DNA from: Bradymonadia bacterium
GTDB lineage: Bacteria; Myxococcota_A; Bradymonadia; UBA7976; UBA1532
DNA length: 64,000 bases
NCBI GenBank assembly: GCA_046290225.1
Contig: JBKAGE010000049.1
Location: forward strand, 24,430-88,429
Direction: 5' to 3'
The translations under genes were made by a program, and so were the position numbers. Shown one piece after another: positions 39,686-49,365 of this stretch (positions are counted from its first letter, which is position 1; the number at the start of each line of letters is the position of its first letter). The notes under the pieces are model-generated. The model saw only the letters and a program-made list of their open reading frames with translations, made no database searches and was not told the origin of the DNA.

Positions 39686-40645
39686 TCATCGGCGAAAACG
39701 CCCAGGTGAGCGGGTCTTTCGGTTGGTGCCTGCTCTGACCTTGGAAGTGCTCGTACACTGCAACTTCGCCGCAGCGCCTTCACGCACCACCCTGATGCTC
39801 CCCTTCTTGCAAAACTTCATGTTGAGCTGACTGTGATAGTACGCAGATCCTGTGGGCCACCTGCACTCGCACTTCAACGTGCCATTGGGGCCACTGAGCG
39901 TGCACTTGCGGCAGCGCTGGAGTTGCCGCATGTCGGCGCGCTCGCTCTGCATTCGAGCGCTGCCGAGGCGCTGACTCCAATATGTATCTATGTTGCACGT
40001 GAGGGTACCATCGTTGTTGTTGGCCTTCTTGTCTTTGCAGGCGCTCATGAACAACGTGCTCTGCTTCCACTGCCCATTGCGTCGACGGCACTCACAACGC
40101 AACGCGTTGCCGTTCACCTTCTCGCACGCACGACAACTCTGTCGATATGAGCCCTGATACGGCCAGGACTGCTTTTTCGGGGAGGGGCACCTCAGGTGAC
40201 CATTGTCGTTCATGAGATCAGGCTTGCCCGAACAGCTCTTCAGCGAGATCTCCGTCGTACGGCGACCGCCTCCACGCTTGCGGCAGCGGCACTGCAACTG
40301 ACCATCGAAACGCACCCAGCACGCATTGCAGGTGACGAGGTAGCTGTTGCCTCTCGGTGTCGTGGTCCGCGCCGCAGGCGCCGCACACCCGAGCTCTCCG
40401 TCCCGGTTGTAGGTGTCTCGCTGGTTGTTGCACCAGCGCAGATTGAGATGGCTGCTCTGCCATCGACCTTTCCGGCTCCTGCACTGACAACGCAGCATCT
40501 CGCCGGAACCATTTTGAGTCACTGTGCACTGGCGACATGAATCGCTGTAGGAGCCGACGGGCAGGCCAGCATTCGCAGCAGCGGGCAGTAGACAGCCAGC
40601 CAGAGACAGCCAGAGCAATGAAACGTATTTGATCAGGCCACGCAT
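39686..40645 (-). CDS. Secreted basic protein with four CVNH (cyanovirin-N)-like six-Cys repeats
   Basis: GSY..SC..C......L.C.CR...G.W..S.L....C......N.DG.L.C x4; RBS GGAGG; signal peptide. Confidence 0.78.
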   Translation of the reverse strand: MRGLIKYVSLLWLSLAGCLLPAAANAGLPVGSYSDSCRQCTVTQNGSGEMLRCQCRSRKGRWQSSHLNLRWCNNQRDTYNRDGELGCAAPAARTTTPRGNSYLVTCNACWVRFDGQLQCRCRKRGGGRRTTEISLKSCSGKPDLMNDNGHLRCPSPKKQSWPYQGSYRQSCRACEKVNGNALRCECRRRNGQWKQSTLFMSACKDKKANNNDGTLTCNIDTYWSQRLGSARMQSERADMRQLQRCRKCTLSGPNGTLKCECRWPTGSAYYHSQLNMKFCKKGSIRVVREGAAAKLQCTSTSKVRAGTNRKTRSPGRFRR

Positions 40646-40827
40646 GGGTCCCTCCATGAAGTGTACCTGTGTCAGGCGACACACAACCCACGACTACGAC
40701 ACATATTTTGCGCAGTGTCCCCCATCTCAATCCTGAATATTTAGACCTGACATAGAATGGCGCTTCTCCCTCATCACACACCCAGGTACAGTGTGAGGGT
40801 CTTATCCACCCTGAGGGAGTATGTGCG

Positions 40828-43785
40828 ATGGGCTTCAAGCTGATTTCACTCGTAGCGGCCACGGGTGCCATGTGGTCCGTGAGCGCCCAGGCGCAGACGC
40901 CGACGAGCTGCGCGAGCATTCTGAACAATGGTTTGAGCAACGGAGATGGTGTGTACACCATCGACCCCGACGGGAACGGTGCCAACGCCCCCTTCAGCGT
41001 GTGGTGTGACATGACCACCGACGGCGGTGGCTGGACGGTCATCGCCAACAACGACAACGGTGACGTTGAGCCCAGCGGCTGTTGGGCCCGCATCGGCAGT
41101 CACTCCACCTTCGTCTGCGGCAACATCTCTCAGGGTGAGGACTTCGTCGTTCCCGCATATGGCATGGTCTTCGACGAGCTCGTCTGGGCCACCTACGACA
41201 ACGACGACTTCTCCGACATCAGCGCATACCAGTACATGCTCTGGAACAACGACCAGACCATCCCCAACAACAACGGTCGCTGGTCGCTCAGCCCCAACAG
41301 CCATACGCAAACCCTCAATGGTCACGCGGCGCAGAGCAAGATCTTCTGCACCTACTACGGCACCAACGGCCTGCGTCTGGTGGGCAACGAGATCCCCAAC
41401 AACGGTGACTACGGCAACAACCCCGTCACCATCTTCGACGAGGACAACAACCTCGACAACCCTGGCCACATGAGCTTCACGGAGAAGGCGTCGAATGCCG
41501 GCAGCATGAACGGCCTCGACGACTTCCAGGATGGCCACGGCTGTGGTGACAGCTGGCAGCCCAAGGCTGATCGCGGCAAGTCCAGCTACATCATGATCCG
41601 CGGCGAAGATCCTCAGGTGCTGGTGTTCGACGCCGACAGTGATGGGGTGAACGACGACGTCGACAACTGCCCCAACAACGCCAACGCAGATCAGGCCGAT
41701 GGCGACGCTGATGGCATCGGCGATGTCTGTGATGCCTGCCCCGCTGATGCCACCAACGATGAAGATGGCGATGGTGTCTGTCAGGACGTGGACAACTGCC
41801 CCACCGTCGCCAATGCCGACCAGGCAGATGACAATGGTGATGGCTACGGCGACGCCTGTGTGAGCACTGCCGCCGACATCGCCGCCACCGCCACCCTCGG
41901 CAATGACATTGTCATCGGCGCCGGCGCGGTCATCGGTGCTTACGCCCGCATCGACGACGGGGCCACCGTCAACGGCGCCGTGGGCAGCAGCACGATCATC
42001 GGCGCGGGCTCGGTGGTGCCTGCAGGGGCCACGGTGGGCAACGCTGTGGTGATGGGGGCCAACGTGGGCCTCGGTACTGGCTGTAACGTCGAGGTGCTCG
42101 CGCGCCTGGGCAGCAACATCACCGCCGGTGCCAACTGCTTCTTCGGGAGCAAGGCCGACGTGGGCGACAACACCAGCTTCGGGGCCAACACCAGCGTGGG
42201 CATTCTCGCCGTCGTCGGTGCAGGCTCAAGCTTCGCTGATGACGCCGCCATCGGGAACAACAGCCAGGTCGGCGCCAGCGCTGATCTGCTCGCTGGTTCA
42301 AGTATCGAGAGTAACACGCGCGTGGGTCACACCCTCAGCCTTGGGGCTGGCGCCATCATCGAGGGCAACACCGAGATCGGCGATGAGGCGATCATCGGTG
42401 CGAATGGTGTGGTGCGGAGCTACGTGACGATTGGGCACAGCCTGGCCATGGGCGCTGGTGCCGAGTTCGCTTCTGGTGCCGCAGCAGGTGACGACGCCAC
42501 CATTGGTGAGAACACCGAGGTCCGTGGCTCACTGGGCAACAACGTGACTCTGGAAGACCGGGTGTTCATCGGCAACCAGAGCAGCGTCGGCGACAACGGC
42601 CACATGCACCACGACACCACTCTCGGCATCTTTGTCACCGTGGAGTCGGGCTGCACCATTCACGATGACTCAGCCCTCTACGATGGCGTCACTCTCGGGG
42701 CCGACAGCACTGTGGGCGAGCGCTCCACCATCCTCTTCCGCAGCACCATCGGCGCCCGTGCCAGCATTGGCGACGACGTCATTCTCGACGAGCAGAACAC
42801 CGTGGGCACCGACCTCGTGCTGGGCAACAACAGCCGCCTCTGGCCCCGAAGCACCTACGGCAACAACGTCAACATCGGCGCCAATGTCCTCATCCGCGAC
42901 ACCGCCGACATCGGCAGCGACGTCACCATCGAAGACAACGTCATCATCTTCCCCGAGACCACCATCGGTGAAGAGACCACCATCCGTCAGGGCGTCGAGC
43001 TCGGCGTGGCCGTGTGTGAGACCCAGGTCTGTGGCCAGGTCACCATCGGTGGCTGCCTCGACATCAACACCAACGTGGCGCCCCAGGGCCTCGAAGAGGG
43101 ATCCTGCCAGATGGGCCTGGTCATCGACGTGGACACGGGAGCGCGCAAGTGGGCCGACGGCACCTACGCCACCAGCTGCAACGACTACCGCTACCCCATG
43201 GTGGCGCCCTACGTGTACGCCGACAACATCGGTGACGGCCGCTACACCATCGATCCTGATGGCGTCGGTGGCACTGACGCCTTCGACGTGTACTGCGACA
43301 TGACCACCGACGGCGGTGGCTGGACCATGGTGGACAACGACGCCACCAACGCCGCCACCTTCGTGGGTCGCAGTGCCGGCGCCAATGATGATCCGAGCGT
43401 CACCCGCGGCGCTGTGCTGCCGAACTACACCTGGTCGGACAGCCCCCAGCTCCTCTGTCGCTCCAACAGCTTCAATGGCACGCTCGACTGGGTCACCTTC
43501 AACGCGTTGTCGGCTACGGCCCTGAGCTACCCCACTGACGCCAGCGGCAACGCCTCCGATGGCCCTGAGGGCGGTCACTGGAGCTACGGTGAGCTGAACG
43601 GCAACACCGCCACAGGCACCACCTCCTGGACCTTCGTGGGCAACAACCGCTCAGGTGGTGTCTGGATCGGGAGCAACAGCCACGCACTGTGCGCCTGCAA
43701 CTACACCAATCCCAGTGGTTACTCCGGCCTCGGCGGCACCAACGCCTCCCCCGCCAGCAGCACCTGCAGCACCTGGGTGCGTTAG
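40828..43785 (+). CDS. Secreted protein: fibrinogen-like domain, thrombospondin type-3 repeats, long left-handed beta-helix and second fibrinogen-like domain
   Basis: Two YTIDPDG...CDMTTDGGGWT motifs, DxDxDGxxDxCDxCP repeats, about 400 aa of hexapeptide (I/V)Gxxxx repeats. Confidence 0.85.
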   Translation: MGFKLISLVAATGAMWSVSAQAQTPTSCASILNNGLSNGDGVYTIDPDGNGANAPFSVWCDMTTDGGGWTVIANNDNGDVEPSGCWARIGSHSTFVCGNISQGEDFVVPAYGMVFDELVWATYDNDDFSDISAYQYMLWNNDQTIPNNNGRWSLSPNSHTQTLNGHAAQSKIFCTYYGTNGLRLVGNEIPNNGDYGNNPVTIFDEDNNLDNPGHMSFTEKASNAGSMNGLDDFQDGHGCGDSWQPKADRGKSSYIMIRGEDPQVLVFDADSDGVNDDVDNCPNNANADQADGDADGIGDVCDACPADATNDEDGDGVCQDVDNCPTVANADQADDNGDGYGDACVSTAADIAATATLGNDIVIGAGAVIGAYARIDDGATVNGAVGSSTIIGAGSVVPAGATVGNAVVMGANVGLGTGCNVEVLARLGSNITAGANCFFGSKADVGDNTSFGANTSVGILAVVGAGSSFADDAAIGNNSQVGASADLLAGSSIESNTRVGHTLSLGAGAIIEGNTEIGDEAIIGANGVVRSYVTIGHSLAMGAGAEFASGAAAGDDATIGENTEVRGSLGNNVTLEDRVFIGNQSSVGDNGHMHHDTTLGIFVTVESGCTIHDDSALYDGVTLGADSTVGERSTILFRSTIGARASIGDDVILDEQNTVGTDLVLGNNSRLWPRSTYGNNVNIGANVLIRDTADIGSDVTIEDNVIIFPETTIGEETTIRQGVELGVAVCETQVCGQVTIGGCLDINTNVAPQGLEEGSCQMGLVIDVDTGARKWADGTYATSCNDYRYPMVAPYVYADNIGDGRYTIDPDGVGGTDAFDVYCDMTTDGGGWTMVDNDATNAATFVGRSAGANDDPSVTRGAVLPNYTWSDSPQLLCRSNSFNGTLDWVTFNALSATALSYPTDASGNASDGPEGGHWSYGELNGNTATGTTSWTFVGNNRSGGVWIGSNSHALCACNYTNPSGYSGLGGTNASPASSTCSTWVR

Positions 43786-43858
43786 CTCCGCCGCTACGGC
43801 GGCTCTGCGGGTACGTGCACGACATCCTCCAACTTGTAAGAAGGCTGTGGCTGGGCCC

Positions 43859-43971
43859 TGGTAGGCAGTCATCGCTTCGCTCTGCCTGCGTACGCGCCAG
43901 ACGAGGCGGTCCGCAGGACTGCCGAAGGCCCGGCGCCTACGCAGGCAGAGCGAAGCGATGACTGCCTACCA
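43859..43971. repeat. GTAG-type REP/REPIN-like element, copy 2
   Basis: Perfect 34-bp inverted repeat (43859-43892 / 43938-43971), nearly identical to the outer arms at 2303-2614. Imperfect extension to about 43843-43988. Lies between convergent genes. Confidence 0.85.
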
Positions 43972-44038
43972 AGGCCTCAGCCACAACCGCCGTCAATGCC
44001 CAATTCGACTCTCCCCTCAATCTGAATGCACTCCACAC

Positions 44039-45211
44039 TCAATACTCTTCCACGCCGTAGAGGCGCACCACCTCCCCAAAGGGGAACTCCTCATCTTGTA
44101 GTCCGCCAGGGGTGACCACCCAGAGTGTGTCGATGGGCGGCTTCTCCTGCGGGAAGTCACCATATCCATCCGTCAGATACACCGACACAGACTGCCCAAA
44201 CGGGTCTTCCAGGCCCTCTTTCTCGATGGCGTCGAAGAAGGGTACGAAGCTGGTGCCGCCGCCGCCCTTAGGCTCTGGGGGCTCGTCGCCTTTGCCCAGC
44301 TCGTACGGGCCGTGGCACTCGAAATCTACGTAGTAGAGCATCGCCTTGATGTGGGGGTAGGACGACAGGATCCCCTCCACCTCGCCGAGGAATGCACCGA
44401 GCATCTTCCCGCCGATGCTCCCGCTGGTGTCCACACCGATGAACACCTTCAGGCTCTGGCCTTCGAGGGCGTCGATGTAGAGGCCCCGGGAGAAGAAGCG
44501 CCGGTCGTAACCAGAGAAATCGTTGGGCGTCTGCACGAGATAGCGCCAGAGCGCCGCCTTCCAATCCACTTGAGGGGCTGAAGCCGTCGCCATCTCTCGC
44601 GAGGCGCCGCCAGGCATCTTCCCTGCCTGCCGGGCAATGGTCGATGCCTGATTCAGCGCCGCCCGCCAGATGGCCTCAGCCTCCTTGAGGCCGTCGACGC
44701 TCAACCCGTCGAGATCTCCACCATCAGCGCCGTCACCGAGCAGATCTTGGGGGCAGTTCTGGTGCTTGTCGTCGTCGAGCAGCTCGTAGATCTCTTCCAC
44801 CTGCAGGTGGGCGAGCTTGGGCTCACGGATCGCACCGTCGGGCAGGTCGATCTCCACACGATTGCTCGCCGCCAGAATCCGATCTCGCTCGGCGTCGATG
44901 ATGCCGTTCACCACAACGTCGGCAGCAATGTTCCAGCGCACCGGATCGCGGTTGCCCCGGCGCTGAACGTGCAACAGAGCCGCATGAAGCACCTCGTGGA
45001 TCAGCAGCCCCCGCATCTTTGCAGGGATCGGCAGCAGCGTACGCAGCCACGTGGGGTTGTAGAAGATGTCCTTGCCGTCGGTGGCTGCCGTGGGGATGCG
45101 CTCGGTGGGCCTGAGGCGCGCGAACAGACACAGCGTGGCGAAGAAGGGTGAGTTCGCCCGCAGGTACAACATCGACGACGAGATCTCGCGCTCGAGTTCC
45201 GGATCAGCCAT
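44039..45211 (-). CDS. DUF2201-like putative metallopeptidase with vWA domain
   Basis: TAATDG, HEVLH, WNIAAD..VN, MIDAS DTSGS, GGGTSF and YLTDGYG. Confidence 0.9.
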   Translation of the reverse strand: MADPELEREISSSMLYLRANSPFFATLCLFARLRPTERIPTAATDGKDIFYNPTWLRTLLPIPAKMRGLLIHEVLHAALLHVQRRGNRDPVRWNIAADVVVNGIIDAERDRILAASNRVEIDLPDGAIREPKLAHLQVEEIYELLDDDKHQNCPQDLLGDGADGGDLDGLSVDGLKEAEAIWRAALNQASTIARQAGKMPGGASREMATASAPQVDWKAALWRYLVQTPNDFSGYDRRFFSRGLYIDALEGQSLKVFIGVDTSGSIGGKMLGAFLGEVEGILSSYPHIKAMLYYVDFECHGPYELGKGDEPPEPKGGGGTSFVPFFDAIEKEGLEDPFGQSVSVYLTDGYGDFPQEKPPIDTLWVVTPGGLQDEEFPFGEVVRLYGVEEY

Positions 45212-45217
45212 GACAGA

Positions 45218-46216
45218 TCACCCGATCAGAGACATGTATTTCTCGAAGAAGGCCAGGAACTCGGGATCGTTCTGGGTGGCTATGGCCAGCTTGCCCACCT
45301 GACCCTTCGCCTGCATACGGGGCATCATGTGCATGAACAGCAACTGCAGCCACTCCGCCTGCCCCTGTGCGTTCATCCATTTGAAACAGTGCATGCCGTG
45401 CTCGGCCGTCTCCGCCTGCATGCCCAGGCCCACGGTGATGGCATAGCGCTGTGAGGGCTCTTCGGGGAACTTGATCGACTTCCCCCGACCCTCGAGGATC
45501 TCCGAGAGATCGGGCAGCTTGCTGTAGATCTTCAGGAACGCGGTGAACTCGGCGGCGGCGCCGGCGCCTACGGCAGGCGCCACGGGCAGATCGTGGCTGT
45601 GCAGGCGGCTGGCCATCTCCCAGCTTCGAGGGCTGGGCCACGCCGGCGACTGCGGATCGAGGTTGTGCAGCAGGTTGGGCCGGAACGCCACGAAGGCCAC
45701 CACCTGCGGATGCAGGTTGCGAGAGGCGGCGTACTTCTGGAAGCTCTTGAGCTCGGCCCCCACGCTCAGATGGATGAAACGGTTCGCCAATGGCGCGGGC
45801 ATGTCGAAGACCGAGGCGCGATCTTCCTTACGGTTGCCGGCGGCCCAGATGAACCAGCCTTCGGGCACGGTGTAGTTGCCCACCTTGCGGTCGAGGACCA
45901 GCTGCTGGGCGATGCCCTGCACCGCCGGCGGCGCCATATTCATCTCGTCGAGGAACAAGATGCCCTTGCCCGAGCGGGGTAGGAACTCCGGGGGGAACCA
46001 CTTGGCCTCGCCGTCTTCGGGCACTGGCAGGCCCCGCAGATCAGTAGGGGCAAGCTGGCTGAGTCGCACATCGACGAAGTCGTGCTCTCGCCGTTTGGCC
46101 ACCTGCGCCACGATGCTCGATTTGCCGATGCCCGGCGGGCCCCAGATCATCACGCTGAGATCGAGGCCACTCTGGACCAGGCCATCAAGGTAAACGTCGA
46201 GCTCTCCAGGGGTCAT
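45218..46216 (-). CDS. MoxR-like AAA+ ATPase
   Basis: WGPPGIGKS, DLRGLP, LFLDE, AAGNR, PLANRF and SPRSW. Confidence 0.93.
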   Translation of the reverse strand: MTPGELDVYLDGLVQSGLDLSVMIWGPPGIGKSSIVAQVAKRREHDFVDVRLSQLAPTDLRGLPVPEDGEAKWFPPEFLPRSGKGILFLDEMNMAPPAVQGIAQQLVLDRKVGNYTVPEGWFIWAAGNRKEDRASVFDMPAPLANRFIHLSVGAELKSFQKYAASRNLHPQVVAFVAFRPNLLHNLDPQSPAWPSPRSWEMASRLHSHDLPVAPAVGAGAAAEFTAFLKIYSKLPDLSEILEGRGKSIKFPEEPSQRYAITVGLGMQAETAEHGMHCFKWMNAQGQAEWLQLLFMHMMPRMQAKGQVGKLAIATQNDPEFLAFFEKYMSLIG

Positions 46217-46304
46217 CGAAAGGCCTCCTCAACACACAGAGTATCGTGGCGAATAGAAGCACATTTCGTCGCCGCTGTCAGCGCAACATCAACTAAACAT
46301 CTGT

Positions 46305-47720
46305 TCAGGCAAGCTTTCGTTTTTTTGCAGTTCGAGACGCCTGCTTGACCACCTTGGCCTCTGAGTCCGACGTCAACCTCAGGATCACCTCGTCAGGTGT
46401 CGACGCGTGGCGGGCCACCTTCACTCTGATGCGCTGATCGTCGTCGGAAGAGAGCAAATCGAGCAGCTGAGGCGGCATCGATGGATTCTCCGCGAGCCGG
46501 GTGCGCACCTGGAACGAGTCGTCGACGACGAGCATGGCCATGACGGTGTGGGGCAGTGAGGGGGCCTCAGCCATGGCGCCCTTGATCGTGGACTTCGCCC
46601 ACTGGGCATACCCGACCAGGACTCGCTCTGGAGTGTTGGGGTTCTTGGCCACCTCCTCTCGCACGAACTTGTCGTCGTCGGTGGCGAGCCCCTCGAGCAC
46701 CTCAGCCGGTACAGCCGGATGGGCCGCAACGCCCATCCGCACTTGCCGATCTGTGTCGGCGGCGTGGGCGATCACCTCCTCGATGGGCATCGAGGGGTGC
46801 ATGAGGCACATGCGCTTGAGCGCTGGATCTCCCAAGTCCAGGGCCCGACGCAGATCAGCCACCGACACATCTGGCCTCGTCAAAAAAGGGTACACCCAAT
46901 GGGCACACTTCCCGGTGTCTAGGTGAGCGGTGAGGATCTCGGCAGGTGCCGATGGGTGCTTGCAAGCCGCCGCTCGCACATCGTGATCATCGTCGCCCGC
47001 CAACGCGAGGAGCACCTGCGCTGGGGTGGCTGCGTGGCCAGCGATCGCGAGCCGGATCCAGCGATTGGCGTGGCGTCCGAGGGGCGCGAGTAAATCGACA
47101 GGTGTACGGGCGTACTGCGCCACCCAACGGCCTCCGAGAGGCCCCAGCGAGATCATGCGCTCCAGCTCCGCCCGATCTGGTCGCCAGCGCTGACCGTCGA
47201 TGAACATCTGCTGGAAGTAATGCCTCGCTGCTGGCAGCGCCTCGAGCACGCTGTGGTGACTCGGCGTCAGCATGTGGGCGTGTTCCAAGAGCGCGTACCA
47301 CGGAAAGTGGAAGAACGCCTTGAGGCGCACTTCGTCGCTCAGATGGGCGTTGAGCACCAGGGCCTCGAAGAGCCAGCGCTCGTGATCAGAGCCGGTGTGC
47401 TTGAACGCCCACCGCACGAAATCCACCGGACAGTGTGGAGAGCCCGCGATCGCTCGACACGCTGAACGGCTCAGGCGTTGATAAATGCCCGGGTCGACGA
47501 GGTGCATAAAGGCCCATGCGGGATTGCTCAGCACATCGTCAGGCCACCGCTCCAGAAGATCGAGCAGGGCCTCTCTCGGCGTGTTCGGATGAGCCGCCAC
47601 CGCCCGCAAGATCTCGACGCTGATGTCGTGAGAGAGCGCTACGAGCTGTGCAGGGTCAAAGGCGGGATCAGCGAGCCGTTGCAGCAGCTCGGCGTGCTCT
47701 TCGGCGGTGCGCTCGTCCAT
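46305..47720 (-). CDS. LRV/HEAT-like helical repeat protein
   Basis: About 24-aa repeats VR..VA.(H/N)P.TP.E.L..LA.D. Confidence 0.85.
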   Translation of the reverse strand: MDERTAEEHAELLQRLADPAFDPAQLVALSHDISVEILRAVAAHPNTPREALLDLLERWPDDVLSNPAWAFMHLVDPGIYQRLSRSACRAIAGSPHCPVDFVRWAFKHTGSDHERWLFEALVLNAHLSDEVRLKAFFHFPWYALLEHAHMLTPSHHSVLEALPAARHYFQQMFIDGQRWRPDRAELERMISLGPLGGRWVAQYARTPVDLLAPLGRHANRWIRLAIAGHAATPAQVLLALAGDDDHDVRAAACKHPSAPAEILTAHLDTGKCAHWVYPFLTRPDVSVADLRRALDLGDPALKRMCLMHPSMPIEEVIAHAADTDRQVRMGVAAHPAVPAEVLEGLATDDDKFVREEVAKNPNTPERVLVGYAQWAKSTIKGAMAEAPSLPHTVMAMLVVDDSFQVRTRLAENPSMPPQLLDLLSSDDDQRIRVKVARHASTPDEVILRLTSDSEAKVVKQASRTAKKRKLA

Positions 47721-47741
47721 GCTCGATGGCTCAACCTCTGT

Positions 47742-47811
47742 GGTACAGGCCCAGTGATACAGACTCTGGGATACAGGCCCAATGAGACAGGCCCAGCGAC
47801 CCGGGCTCAGC
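47742..47811. repeat. Degenerate 14-bp tandem repeat, 5 copies (GAtACAGGCCCAGy)
   Basis: ggtacaggcccagt gatacagactctgg gatacaggcccaat gagacaggcccagc gacccgggctcagc. Confidence 0.7.
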
Positions 47812-47814
47812 GAC

Positions 47815-49047
47815 TCAGAAGAGCACGCGGCAACGGATCGTCCCGGGGATGTTCCGGAGCACGTCCCGCAGCGGATCAGCCTCGCCGCGCTCCACGTCCA
47901 TGACCACGTAGCCCACCTCGGGCAGCGTCTGCAGGTACTGGGCCTTGATGTTGGCCTCGCGCTCGGCGATGGCCTTGTTGATGGCGCTCAAGATGCCCGG
48001 GCGGTTCTCGTGGATGTGCAGCAAGCGGTGGGCAGAGCCCCCCTGGCCCGGGAGCGAGAGCTGCGGGAAGTTCACCGCACCCACGGTGTCGCCGTTGTCG
48101 CTGTACTGAACCAGCTTGCTCGACACGTCGCGGCCGATGTTGAACTGGGCCTCCTGGGTGCTGCCGCCGATGTGGGGCGTCAGGATCACGTTGGCTTTAC
48201 CCTGCAGCGGCGACTCGAAGCGCTCCTGGGGGCTCTTGGGCTCTTTGGGGAACACGTCGACGGCGGCGCCGGAGATGTGGCCGCTGTCCAGAGCATCGGC
48301 GAGGGCGTCGATGTCCACCACGGTCCCGCGGCTGGCGTTGAGCAGGCAGGCCCCGGGCTTCATGGCCTCGATCTCCGCCCGGCCCATCATGCCCCGCGTC
48401 TGCGGGGTGTCGGGCACGTGCAGCGAGACGAAGTCCACCGAGCCCAACAGCGTATGGAACTCGTGGATCTGCTCGGCGTTGCCCATGGAGAGCTTGGGGG
48501 CGATGTCGTAGAACTTCACGGTCATGCCGAAGGCTTCCGCGAGGATCGACACCTGAGAGCCGATGTGGCCATAGCCCACGATGCCCACCGACTTGCCCCG
48601 CAGCTCGTAGCTGCCCGCGGCGCTCTTGAGCCAGCGACCCTCGTGGGCCGCGGCGTTCTTGTCGCCGAGGCCGCGGTAGAGCATCACCATCTCGGCAATC
48701 ATCAGCTCTGCCACGCTGCGGGTGTTGGCGTGGGGCGCGTTGAAGACTGGGATCCCCCGCTCACGGGTCACGTCGAGGTCGATCTGGTTGGTGCCGATGC
48801 AGAACGCCCCCACGGCCACCAGTTTCTCCGCAGCGTCGAGGGCGTCACCCTTGAGCTGGGTCCGCGACCGCAAGCCCACATAGTGAGCCTTGGACAGCGC
48901 CGCCTTCAGCTCATCGCCGGGCAGCGCCTTGGGTTCGTATCTGATGTTGGTATAGCCCGCCCGTTTGAAGTTCTCCACGGCGACCTGGTGCACGCCTTCG
49001 AGGAGCAGGATGTGAATCTTGTCTTTGGAGAGAGAGAGCTCGGACAT
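47815..49047 (-). CDS. serA: D-3-phosphoglycerate dehydrogenase
   Basis: SLSKDKIHILLLEGVH, GLRSRT, FCIGTNQ, GYGHIG, TPHIGGSTQEAQ and ACT domain HENRPG. Confidence 0.97.
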   Translation of the reverse strand: MSELSLSKDKIHILLLEGVHQVAVENFKRAGYTNIRYEPKALPGDELKAALSKAHYVGLRSRTQLKGDALDAAEKLVAVGAFCIGTNQIDLDVTRERGIPVFNAPHANTRSVAELMIAEMVMLYRGLGDKNAAAHEGRWLKSAAGSYELRGKSVGIVGYGHIGSQVSILAEAFGMTVKFYDIAPKLSMGNAEQIHEFHTLLGSVDFVSLHVPDTPQTRGMMGRAEIEAMKPGACLLNASRGTVVDIDALADALDSGHISGAAVDVFPKEPKSPQERFESPLQGKANVILTPHIGGSTQEAQFNIGRDVSSKLVQYSDNGDTVGAVNFPQLSLPGQGGSAHRLLHIHENRPGILSAINKAIAEREANIKAQYLQTLPEVGYVVMDVERGEADPLRDVLRNIPGTIRCRVLF

Positions 49048-49158
49048 GGTGAATGACCTTTGAATGAGAGGATGTGAGGTTCAAGCCTCAGGGCCGTTGA
49101 CGGCGGCGCCCGGGTGCCTGCAAAAAGTCGGATGCATTTTTAACAGAGGAGGGTGCCC

Positions 49159-49365
49159 ATGTCTTCAGATCAAGAGGCCCGAATCACCGAGCTGGAGATC
49201 AGGCTCACACACCAAGATCGACTGCTCGAAGAGCTCAACGGGGTGGTGATCGAACAGCAGAACCAGCTCGAATTGCTCAAAGAGCAGGTCGAAGTGCTCA
49301 CCACTCGCCTCGTCGAATCTGCACCTGATGGGGATACGCCGCCGGAAGATCAGTTCAGCCGGTGA
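49159..49365 (+). CDS. slyX: SlyX family protein
   Basis: RITELEIRLTHQDRLLEELN.VV.EQQ coiled coil; RBS GAGGAGG. Confidence 0.85.
   Translation: MSSDQEARITELEIRLTHQDRLLEELNGVVIEQQNQLELLKEQVEVLTTRLVESAPDGDTPPEDQFSR

Noticed and set aside
49330..49365. SlyX lacks the usual C-terminal PPHY and overlaps the convergent gene by 11 bp
   Set aside because: Minor terminal variation; no evidence of frameshift or functional novelty.
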